The position numbers and the translations under genes were made by a program. Under the pieces are notes generated by a model that worked only from the letters and a program-made list of their open reading frames with translations, was not told where the DNA came from and searched no databases. Shown one piece after another: positions 36,275 to 46,800 of a DNA stretch of 64,000 bases. The first letter of the stretch is position 1; each line of letters opens with the position of its first letter. The stretch comes from Gnetum montanum (taxonomy: Eukaryota; Plantae; Gnetophyta). Where the stretch lies: contig MNCI01000472.1 of the NCBI GenBank assembly GCA_015680685.1, forward strand, positions 174,531 to 238,530. The letters are read 5' to 3'.

Positions 36275-39200
36275 CACATGCATGGATGTTGATCCTCTCG
36301 AAGCCTATACAAGCGCACATACTAGGTGCATTTATGACAACTTTGGTTATTCTTGTAGCTAAACTCTTATAGGTTTCTTCCATAGGGCTTAGCAAAATTT
36401 CCCTCTAAATGCCCATATCATGGATTGAATTGATTGTATGAAATTTTATTTGAGTGCAAGATGTACATAGACATAGTTGCATGGACAAAAATAAAATCAA
36501 GATTTCTTCACTCCATTATAGCCTTTGGATTAGCTTAAGTATAATTTCAAGCTATTTACTTTACATACAGTTTACTTTCTTGCACTTAAGTATTTAATGT
36601 CTTATTTCATAAATAACGTAAGTATGACCCCTTTAAGCATAATATACTGATGCTTGGTGATCCCAACAATGAATGCTTGGTACGCTTAGTAGTAAGCACT
36701 TGGTAACCTAGCAGTGTTAGTGTATGTTTAGGATGTGTACCAAAAGTAGGAATGGATACTCTACATTTAGGATAATTTAGTTATAGTTAGTAAAGCTAAA
36801 TATTCCAATCATTTCTTTCCTTAATATTTTTTAAGATAAAAATTATAAATACAAATATCTTATATCACAATCACACTTATTCATATAGACAAAGATAACA
36901 CAAGTGATGATTGGGAAGACAATGACCAATAACTCCACATTTTTACTATATAGGACATATGCCATTTAGATAGAATGTGTCCATGGAATTTGACTAGATC
37001 ATGCATACATGTTTGTGATTCGTATGCTTGGGCGTAGGGAATACCTGCTACTCATCATTGTTGATGTAGCCTTGTTGATGCAACCCTGTTGACATGACAT
37101 AAAAATCCTATAAATATACACAAGACTTTGCTTATTTTTCACATTTTCCTCCAAATACACAAGTATTTTTTGCAATTTTTCAGAGCCTAGAACCTTACAA
37201 GAGCCATAACTTGACAACTTCTTATCTATTTTCATCTTTTCTTTGATACTCAAGCTTCTAGAGGTATGCTTTATGTCATGGGGGCATTAAACACTAGGTT
37301 TTCACAAAATTTTTTTTGAATTTTTTCTAAATTTTCATAAATAAGATATTAAAATAATATTAAATTAATGATCATATGAGTTAATATCAACAATCAACCT
37401 CCATTAAAGCATTAATAAAATCATAATAAAATAATATCATACGTATGCAATCACTAAAGAAGAACTTAATGATAAAATCCTAGCTTTTGACCAATAAATA
37501 TAATATGATCAAATTAAGAAAGGTATCCAAATAAATAAAGATTACATCTAAAAGAATAATCCTAAGTTATGCTTATGATCACAAATGACACCTAACAAGG
37601 ACCACAAGCAAGGGGGCCATCATAGCCCAGGGAGAAACAACCACATGATGGAAGAGGATAACAATAACAACAACTCTAAGAGTAAGTAGCTGAGGCCACC
37701 CATGTTATCAGGCCCCTATGTAAGGAGCCTAAGTTTAAATCTATCCACTAGATTCTCATAGTAGAAACAAGGCAATCCAGGAAGGATGAGGTTTAAAGAT
37801 GACAACCCAATTTGGAGGTCATGCTTGTAGAGGCCTGCCTAGAGAAGGTATGTATTAAAGAAATTCATAGTTCCATCCTTTAAAAATTGAATTTTAAACC
37901 TTTCTTGGAAATTGCACTAAAAGATGTCAGAACATGACTACAAGAATCTCCTCTACAACCCATTCTCTCTAACAGTGGAGAATGGTACATGGAGGAAACC
38001 TATCTCTTACGGAATAACTGTTAAGGGAATGCGATTATTAAGATCAAAGACATCACCATCTCCTATTCGGTTGAAGCAATAGTAGAGGCCCTCAGATTAC
38101 TCAACACTAGGGTGAAGCTGACAAAGATATCTACTCAAGAAAAACTAGAAGAAAAGAAAGAATGGGTCTAGTAATGCTATGGATTGGACTGTAAGAAGTA
38201 CAATGTCATAACTAAGGTATAGCAAGCCTACTTCAAGATCTCATTCTATCACCTCAAGTTAATAGGAAGGCCAAGTAAGGCTTCTTTGCCATGACATGCA
38301 TAGCTCTAAGTAGAAAGTTCCAAGTCAACCTACACTAGCTCAACTTCCTTGAAATAGAAAAGCATTTCAAGAGAATGAGAAGGATAGAAAGAAAATCTTA
38401 TTTCCATGCCTTATTGTAAAAATTTTTAAAAGGGAAGGAATAGCTCACTATTCCATTGATGTGGTTTACAAAGCTTCTATTGCATCATGGCAAGAAATGA
38501 TGAAAGACAAAGTGCCTACCAAGCTTCAAGATGAGGAACAACCATCACCACCACTACCTATAACATCATAGATGACACTAGAAATGCTGGCAGCTACAAA
38601 ATATTTGAAAAAACTTAGAGAATAACAACTACAATAATAACAAGCCTCTAGAGATGGTGGAGAATCTTCGATGTATAGACCAACCATGAGCCATTTGAAT
38701 GAGATCATAAGAACCTTTAGCTATCTAGATGATGAGATGACTCTACTATTCTCTTCATAGAGAAACCATGCATCTACTCACTCCAATCTTGGTGCCAAAG
38801 AAGACACTATCTCTATACTAGGATAAGCATTTCTTGAAATTTTTGGGAATGCAACAACCTTTTCTATGATGTTGGAAGAATATGAGGGAGCGACGATCTT
38901 GGTTATGCTACACAAGGACCAAGATATAGCAACAGAAATGGTGGCAAATCAAATTGAAGAAGCTCTAAGTGCTCTTGTAGAATTTATTCCTAATGTTGCT
39001 ACAATGGTAGATGTACAAGCATAAGTAGGAGTAGGGAGTAGAGGGATGAGTGCAACTCAACATGAAGAAATGTTGGAGCAACTGGTGGAAGTGGGACAAC
39101 TGATTTTGGAGATCTTTAATCTCCTTGAAGATATTTTGGCTACCCAGTCATAGCTACTAGAGATAAGGGTTAAGCTATTAATTACGAATGTGCAAATTGA

Positions 39201-41519
39201 GGAGGCCATTATCTATAGTCGATAGTTGGCCATGGAGGTTGCATCATTTAGAGCTTGCTTATCAAACCCTACCATTCTTAGGCTACAACTCATTAGAGAT
39301 GAAGCTTTCCAACAACTTCAACAAAGCTATGAAGAGGCCTAGAATGCAAAAAATATGATGATATTTGATGCATCACTATTAGAGGCAATGATGAATTCCT
39401 CCAACGTGACCTTCAACAGGTTCATAAAGAAAATTTGGTGCTAATCTAAGACAACCATCGCATGTGGAATGCTGAGCAACATAGGACTAGATGGTTGAAT
39501 ACATTCTCTAGTAATAGGAACATCTTGCCAAGGTAATCCTTGATGTGAGGAGGTTGGTTGCGAAGAATAAAAATCTCTCAATGAAGGAGGTTCATGTCCT
39601 TCTCTAGAAGATTGCAATTGAGATTACCACTTGGAAAAATGAGGCTCTGAAATATGAACAAGTCAAAAATGACTACATGGACTAGGAAGGGATGCTTAAA
39701 GAAATTAATAAGAAGGAAATCTAGTTAGCAAAGGTAAAGGTAAATGAGGTTCTTTAGCAACTCCAATAAAGAGGTGATATGTGGTAGCTCATCTTTGATG
39801 ACCTCAATGCATACAACCAAGTAGAAATCTACTTGAAGGAGTTGCATATTGAGGAGATGAAAGAATATATAGAACTCATTAACCTTTGATATGAAAACTT
39901 GGTAATGCTAAAAGTAGGGAGGCCCAAATTAGAATTGGAAAAGTAAGTGACTAGCTCTTACCTTCTCTATGAGGCAAAGTTCAAGCTCCACAAGGAGACC
40001 AAACAAAAGTTGGAAATGGCCAACATGGAGCTTGAAATTTGTAGAAGCAAATTCACTGACTAAAGATTAATTGCTTAGAACTTGGCTAAACGAATAAGTG
40101 ACTACTAGGAATTGCAAAAACCTAGTTTTTATGTTCACCTTTGAATGTAAATAATTTGGAGCCTCATTTGTTAAAATGAAGAAAGTATTTCCCACTCTAT
40201 CATGCCTGTGGGATATACTAGCACCAGCTCATCTAGGTAAAGTAGCCTAGACCATTCATGACTCACAAGGCAAGGAGGAAAAGCTAAAGGCACTTCTAAA
40301 TGCTTTCCAAATTTTGGTAGTAGTAGTAGGATAGCCTAGGCCTCCAGCAAAGCAAAGATGTAAGGAAGGATCCTTCATGCCATAAGAGCCTCCACCTCCA
40401 AGCATAGTGTAAAGATCTCATCCCATCTCTATTCATCCAACAAGCACTTGCTAATTTTTGTCAAAGTGTTCAAATTCTTTGTATATTGCATCAATTTTAT
40501 ATCCACATAAATTTTAAATCAAAATGACACTTAAGAGTTGTTTTATTTATTAGAGTTAGTTAGTTATTTCCATACTTTCCCAAAATTTGTAAGAAACTTG
40601 ATTCCATTTTGTTCATTGGAGGATAAGTTTTCAGTCAATGTGGGGATATGATGAAGTGTCAATAAGTTGATTATGTTAATGCATACCTATCAACATAGCC
40701 TTATCGATGCATCCCCATCAATGCATCCAAGGATGCTTTGGCACATGTGCATCAACGCTAATCCTCTCGGAGCCTATATAAGTACACACACCAACTACAT
40801 TTATGGCATCTTTGGTCATTCCCTTAGCTAAAATCTTGTAGTTTTCTTCTGTAGAACTTAGCAAAATTTCCTTTTGAGTGTTCGCAACATGGATTAAATT
40901 GATTGTATGGAATTTTATTTGAGTGCAAGATGTACAGTTGCATATACAAAAATAAAATTGAGATTTATTCTCTCCATTGGAACACTTGGATTAGCTTAAG
41001 TTTACTTTCAAGTTGTTTACTTTATATGTAATTTACTTTCTTGTACTTAAGTGTTTAATGTCTTATTTCATTAGTAACGTGAGTATGAACCCTTCAAGTA
41101 TAATATACTAATGCTTGGTAATCCCTGCAGTGACTACTTGGTACGCCCAACAATAAGCACTAGGTAACCTAGTAGTAATAGTATATGTTCATGATGTATA
41201 CGAAAAGTCAAAACATATACTCTTTGTTTAGGATAATTTAGTTACTAATTAGTAAAGTTAAATATTCCAATAATTTATTTCCTTAATATGTTTTACAATA
41301 AAAATTATAAATACAAATATCTTACACCTCAATCACACTTAGCCATATGGACAAAGATGACATAAGTGATGATTGGGAAGGCAACAACTAGTAACCCCAC
41401 ATTTTTACTATCTAGGACATAGACCACTTAGGTAGAAGGCATCCATGGAATTCAACTGGATTGTGTATACACGCTTGTGATTCATATGGTTAGGCATAGG
41501 GAATACCTACTGCTCATTA
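36275..41519 (+). mobile_element. Athila-like deletion derivative carrying only the env-like ORF
   Basis: Direct-repeat LTRs 36275-37057 (5'-truncated) and 40649-41519, PPT GTGGGGATA before the 3' LTR. No PBS, gag or pol. Confidence 0.85.
37585..40454 (+). pseudogene. Degenerate env-like / extra ORF with long coiled-coil C-terminus
   Basis: Collinear homologue of 52030-54861 in the opposite orientation (EWYMEETY, SVEAIVEAL.L.N, YFKI.FYH, FPCLI.K). Confidence 0.7.
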
Positions 41520-42914
41520 GAATGCATTGAATCTACTAAAATGATGAATTAGACAATATCCAATGTATTTTCTACAAGATTTCTCTCAGCCAAATTATAG
41601 ATATATATTATAATTTAAGGTAAAATTGTTAAAAGAGATGGAGGAGGAAAATGATTAGTATGAAAATGTGAATAATAGAAAGGAAAATTTTTCTTTTAAT
41701 AACTTACAAAAACATGGAAAGCAATGTATTTATAAATAAATAGAGAATATCTCAAAAGTAAAAATCCAACAAAAATAAATTAATGTTTCTATAACTATTG
41801 TTATTTATCTATATAACCATCATCATTACTCTAAGTTCATTCCATAGAATTGTATTTATCCATCTACTTGAATAAGTTGCATATCTATAACATGGGAAAA
41901 TTATAGAAAACAAGTCATGATTTTTAAAAAAATACTCTATGCATTCTAAATGACGTGGCATGTTTGGCGTCTGCAGCCAGTTGAGTCTTCACAGAGTAAT
42001 ATCTACATCCTATTGATCGTTTGCATAGTTACCCTTTACTTTTTGAGTTTTTGTTTCCCACCTCGAATTTACATGAGATTGAGATGCATAAACAATGTTT
42101 TTATAGACATCACTATCTCCGTTATTCCTGTTAATAACTTTGTACCTGTATCAGTACAAATCAATGCATGAAACGAGTTGATGCTGAATTCTCCTTCTAT
42201 CCTATAGTATGACTTAATCATAGAAAACCGAGAAACCGTTCTGGAATGAAGAAAGTATCGTGAGAGGCTCTTTGGAGTGAATCACGTGCTGCAATACATA
42301 CATAGAATGACTTCTTCACCATCAAATAATGTGCCATGTTTACTGCATGAACTCGAAGACGACGTCAACGTGGAAGAAAGAGCAGTGGAATGAGTTTGGC
42401 TCGTTACAGTTTTACTCTAACATATATTTATATATGCTCTCGTTTCTTTCATCATCCGAAATTTACATCAAAATACATTACGGTAAATCTTAGAAATCGA
42501 ATTGAATATTTACAAAACGCACGGAACCCGTAGCTAATAGCTAATTGAAATGTTGGAACTGGGAAAATACCAACAGAACATCCAGTTGAGGTGGCTGCAC
42601 AAAACGATTAGTCAAGTTTGCAAGCAAACAGCAGAAACAGGAACCATTGATTCCATTGTTCCCTAAAGGCTTATATATAACGTATGTGAATTCTGCAGCA
42701 AGGTTTCTTATTCGTAGAGAATTGGGACGGTTGCTTGGAGACGTAGTCGTCGGATCTTTTGTCCCAGATCCACAGATCCAAGGGAAGGGAATTCCTCCGT
42801 AGGAAGTAACAAAAAAAATAGGTTTCAGTTTCCTGAAACAAGGGTAAAAATCAAATCAAAATCAAAATCAAACATATACAAAACGAAAGGCGAGCAAACT
42901 GCACGGAGAAGTCA

Positions 42915-42935
42915 AAAAACTCAGGATGGATAGCG
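42915..42935 (-). ncRNA. miR390*: miR390* (3p) CGCUAUCCAUCCUGAGUUUUU
   Basis: First 19 nt match the known miR390-3p. It gives a duplex with 2-nt 3' overhangs. Confidence 0.92.
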
Positions 42936-42974
42936 TGCGAGGCAGGCACAATGACAGGCACAGGCACAGCCACA

Positions 42975-42995
42975 GGCGCTATCCCTCCTGAGCTT
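42975..42995 (-). ncRNA. miR390: mature miR390-5p AAGCUCAGGAGGGAUAGCGCC
   Basis: Exact 21/21 match to the conserved land-plant miR390 sequence. Confidence 0.98.
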
Positions 42996-43110
42996 TACGA
43001 ATTGTCCTGTGCCTCCTCCTCCCATTTTATCTCTCACTTGCCTTAGCTTGCATATTCCTTTGCGGTGCTGTTCTGTTCTATTCTGTGTTGGGTTTTATCC
43101 CTGAACGACT

Positions 43111-43131
43111 GAATGAATGAATGAATGAATG
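43111..43131. repeat. (GAAT)5 microsatellite upstream of the hairpin
   Basis: gaatgaatgaatgaatgaatg. Confidence 0.9.
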
Positions 43132-43524
43132 CAATTGCAGGAGCAGCCGCAGCAGAGGCATTATCGTGCATAATAATGGAGTGGAGTGCAGAGAGAGATT
43201 ATGACGCAACTGCATAGATTTTGTAAACAATATTTTAAATCACGTACTGGGATTGGCGGTGCTACATTTGTGCATTTGCAGCTCAAAAGGTGTCAGCGTC
43301 AAGCAATTATTTTACGAGTGGGTGCCACGATCTCGTCGTTTTCCGCCGATCCTGCGTGCGTTAACATAATCCATTCATGATTGCGCCCTGCAAATGTTCT
43401 TGGCGTGGGGTGGCGGACTGCGTTGCTGTTGCCGCTTATTCTATTTTAATGAAAAAGCGAGCGTTCATCTTGTTTCTTATTATCATTGCCCCTGCACACG
43501 CATATAATGCCCCACACGCGTCAT

Positions 43525-43530
43525 TGTCTC
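43525..43530 (+). promoter_or_regulatory. Candidate AuxRE (TGTCTC) about 0.5 kb upstream of the MIR390 hairpin
   Basis: Canonical ARF hexamer next to CACGCG. A single hexamer could be chance. Confidence 0.35.
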
Positions 43531-43577
43531 ATCATTCTGATCATCACTCCTCCACTGCTTCCCAGGTAAAGTTCGAC

Positions 43578-43874
43578 TTTATTATGTCCAAAAAATAACG
43601 CTGATCATGGTAATAACAATAGTAGTGAGAGTGCCCATGGCGTCATTCTTATCATCACTCCACTTCGGGTTGAAATTTATTATGTCCAGAAAATAACAGT
43701 AACAATGGTAATAACAATAGTAATGAGAGTGCCCATGGCGTGCACTTTGCTCTGCCACGCAAACGCATAAGCAGAGAAAGGTTGCAACTTTTCTGTTTCC
43801 AATCCCGTGGACTTTGCTCGGCCACGCAAACGCATACGCATAAGCAAAGAAAGGTTGCAACTTTTCTGTTTCCA
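43578..43874. repeat. Two adjacent duplicated modules (A1 43578-43643, A2 43676-43741; B1 43744-43801, B2 43811-43874)
   Basis: Near-identical direct repeats. B contains the near-palindrome AGAAAGGTTGCAACTTTTCT. Confidence 0.9.
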
Positions 43875-46800
43875 CTGCCGCCTCCCTCCATGACTCCATT
43901 TCTGGTTTTTTTTATGTACAGTAGCTGTTCTTGGCGATACGCATTAGCCTTGCTATCCCTGGATCAATGACGTGGATGTTTTATGTATTTAATATCTACG
44001 GATGACAAATCTATGTATCACGCACATGATTCTCCATTTGTATGGACTGCAAACGTCTCCCCGTCTCGTCAGCCGTGTCAAATGTTTCTTATATAAACTA
44101 AAAATTAAACTAGAGAATTCCAACTTCTGGGCCTACAATGGAACACTTTACCATTACACTTTCTATCTGGTTTGTGTGCAACCAGGGAATTTTGAGTTAA
44201 AAGGAGCAGTTTATTTGCCCTGCGATCTCTTCTCACCCATCACCACCGTTGCCTATGTAGGTAATAATTACCTGTTCAATGATGCAATTATGGTATTCAT
44301 AGCATTAGATGAAAATACGTTTAAAGTATCTGAAATGAAAATACCTTCAAAGCAACGTCTTACCCGATCATATTCTCTGATTTGCAATGCTCTGCTTTCG
44401 GATCTTCAATCTGTCTGTTAGTTGTTGTATTGTATTTACAGCAGGATAAATGAAAAGAAAAGATTGCTGTACTCTATTTACAACAACCAACTTCAAAAGG
44501 GAAAAACTGGAAACTCTGATCTTCAATATGATTTGCAATCCATTAAAAGATTAAAGAAAGGTTTTTAAAAAATAGTGTTGACAAAAAGGTTTCAACTCTA
44601 AACCTTTGTATACTAAGTAAACACCTTAGCTTTAAGTAAAATCATCAAACAAATTTAAAAATTTTATTTTTGAAAAATATATATAAATAATATTATCTGT
44701 CCCACCATTGCCCAAGCATGGAGAGACACATAAGCAAAAATTGCATGGATTTAAATAACTCAGGTAAGAAAGGATATTTCTAAATACATTTTTAATATTT
44801 TTCCTCAAACTATATTGGTGGCAATGTCAAAAACATAGTTTCCCTTTTGACAATGAATAACACTTCCCAACCCTAAAAGAAAAAGGCAACAATAATGGTG
44901 ACAACTACATAAGCAATCGAATAATCACTAAAATAATGGCAAACACCACATAACAATGATCAAATAATTGCTTTGTGATGTAGAGATCACTAGTAAAATG
45001 AAAGGTCAAAACCTATACAAACTTGTAGAATATCATAACATCAACCAACAAAAACAAAGATCTTATAGAAATTTTGAACTCAAACTAAAAGAAAAATCCC
45101 TACTTTTTACAAGGTTATAAGGAAATGTCAATGTTTTGAGAATTTACTAGAAATGCTCCCTTTGATCTTATAAAACAATAGTGATAATAGCCATATACCT
45201 ACAAAAACGATGACCGTGGCAATAGAAATGCTCATAACAATAAAAATATCAGTGAAGAATGATCATTGAATTAGTAAAAATATCAAAATGTTGAGGATCA
45301 AAATCCATGTTCAGATACCATCGTAAATTTTTAATAGCTAGTACAAAAATAATGAGAACAATTTATGCAATATGAGGATGAGAGAAAACAAAGGAATAGA
45401 ATTGAGATTCCACATCCCAAGTGAGACCAACACCTATAATAAGACACTTTTACATTAGCCTCTAAATTCAATTTATATATAATTATTTCTATGTATGACT
45501 TGTAATGATATGGGAACTACTAGATTCTGAGGAGGTAAGAAAGTACATTTTTAAATACATCTCCAAAAGAAAACTACCACTATTATACAATATCATGTAA
45601 TTCAATCAAAATCTTATTTCAAAGTTCTCCAAGAGTAACGAAATTGAATGAATTAAGCCCAAATATGAGGTTAAAGAAAATTGTGAAAACGTACTGGGAA
45701 TGATTAGGATTATATTTGGAGTGATGTTAAAAATGCTTATTTTCCAAGTCATAAGATATATATGGACTTAAAAAGGGGTTAGGCTTTTGCTTATTACTTG
45801 TCAAGATATAAATGGACTAATGAGAGTAATTAATCTAGTTAGGTGATCACAAGTTGCTAGCTTCCCAACTATGCTTGTAGTTGCCCTTTATTTATATAGT
45901 TAAGTATAGCAAAGGCATATAATCATTAATGTTCTAGTAGTCATGATTTTAATTATATATAAAAATTACTAAAAATAGTAAATTACTCTAACTAACTAAG
46001 AACAAAAATAAATCCTATTTCAACATAGGGTAATGATGTCACAGGCGCCACAATGGCATGAATGGCTAGGGATGGTAACAGAAGAAGGTCTTGGACCAGC
46101 AAAAAATCTAGAAGTACAATTACAAGCTCACCATGAGGTAGCATAAGTCCTTATGTCATCGTAGTAATAACCACAACCTTACTAAAAGGTGACCACTAAT
46201 TATAGTCTCTAAAAACCTTTTAAAAAGAATAGGGCATGGCTTGGCCATAAGTCATAGTGGGTTAAATTAGACTTGGTTGCAATGAAGAAAAAGTGAGGAC
46301 CCTTAAGAGTAGCATAACTTTAGCACTACTAAGTTAAGACCTTAGTGTGACCTCTTTGACAACAACTTGAATGCACCACAAACTTATCACGAGTGAGACC
46401 TGAGCCTTGTATAGGATGTAGGCGGGATACTAGTTGACCACAAGCATTTGTAAATTGATTTTCAACTATTTGTGTAGAGCATGACTAATCTTCAATTACA
46501 ATGAAGTTACTTTGGACTTGCAATGTATCAAATCATGCCAAAAAACAAACTTGATTTAATCAATTTGAATACTTATGAAATAAATTCTTGGCTAATACTT
46601 CTTAAAATGAGGTTAAGAACTAAGATCTACAACATCAACCATGGATAAATTACATCAAACTTATTGTGATAGGATTTTTAAAAATGGAAAACACCTTTGA
46701 ACCTTCAAATATTCTTGGAATTCAAGCAAAGAGTGCTTGATTCTTACTCAGAACATAATTGTGGGGCTTACACCATACAATTCAAAGAAATAAGGTTAAA

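Larger units (their letters stand above)
42901..43012 (-). ncRNA. MIR390: pre-miR390 hairpin
   Basis: The 5' arm carries mature miR390 and the 3' arm carries miR390*. The lower stem GCACAGGA pairs with TCCGTGC. 39-nt loop. Confidence 0.97.
41945..44420. promoter_or_regulatory. CpG-retaining non-repetitive island containing the MIR390 transcription unit
   Basis: Abrupt rise in CG dinucleotides and GC content against CpG-depleted flanks. No TE motifs recognised. Confidence 0.7.

Noticed and set aside
42975-42995. Plus-strand perfect miR390 complement as a TAS3 target site
   Set aside because: It pairs with a star arm 39 nt away, which identifies a precursor. I found no tasiARF sequence (TTCTTGACCTTGTAAG) nearby.
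43200-43245. TTTAAAA plus pyrimidine patch as the MIR390 core promoter
   Set aside because: Non-canonical TATA. The TSS cannot be placed from sequence alone.
43582-43899. Upstream minus-strand ORFs (105 aa and 78 aa) as miPEPs
   Set aside because: They are made of the tandem duplications and low-complexity runs, and they probably lie upstream of the TSS. No support without transcript data.
44002-44421. 139-aa ORF as a host gene
   Set aside because: No recognisable domain or splice structure. It probably lies in the MIR390 upstream region.
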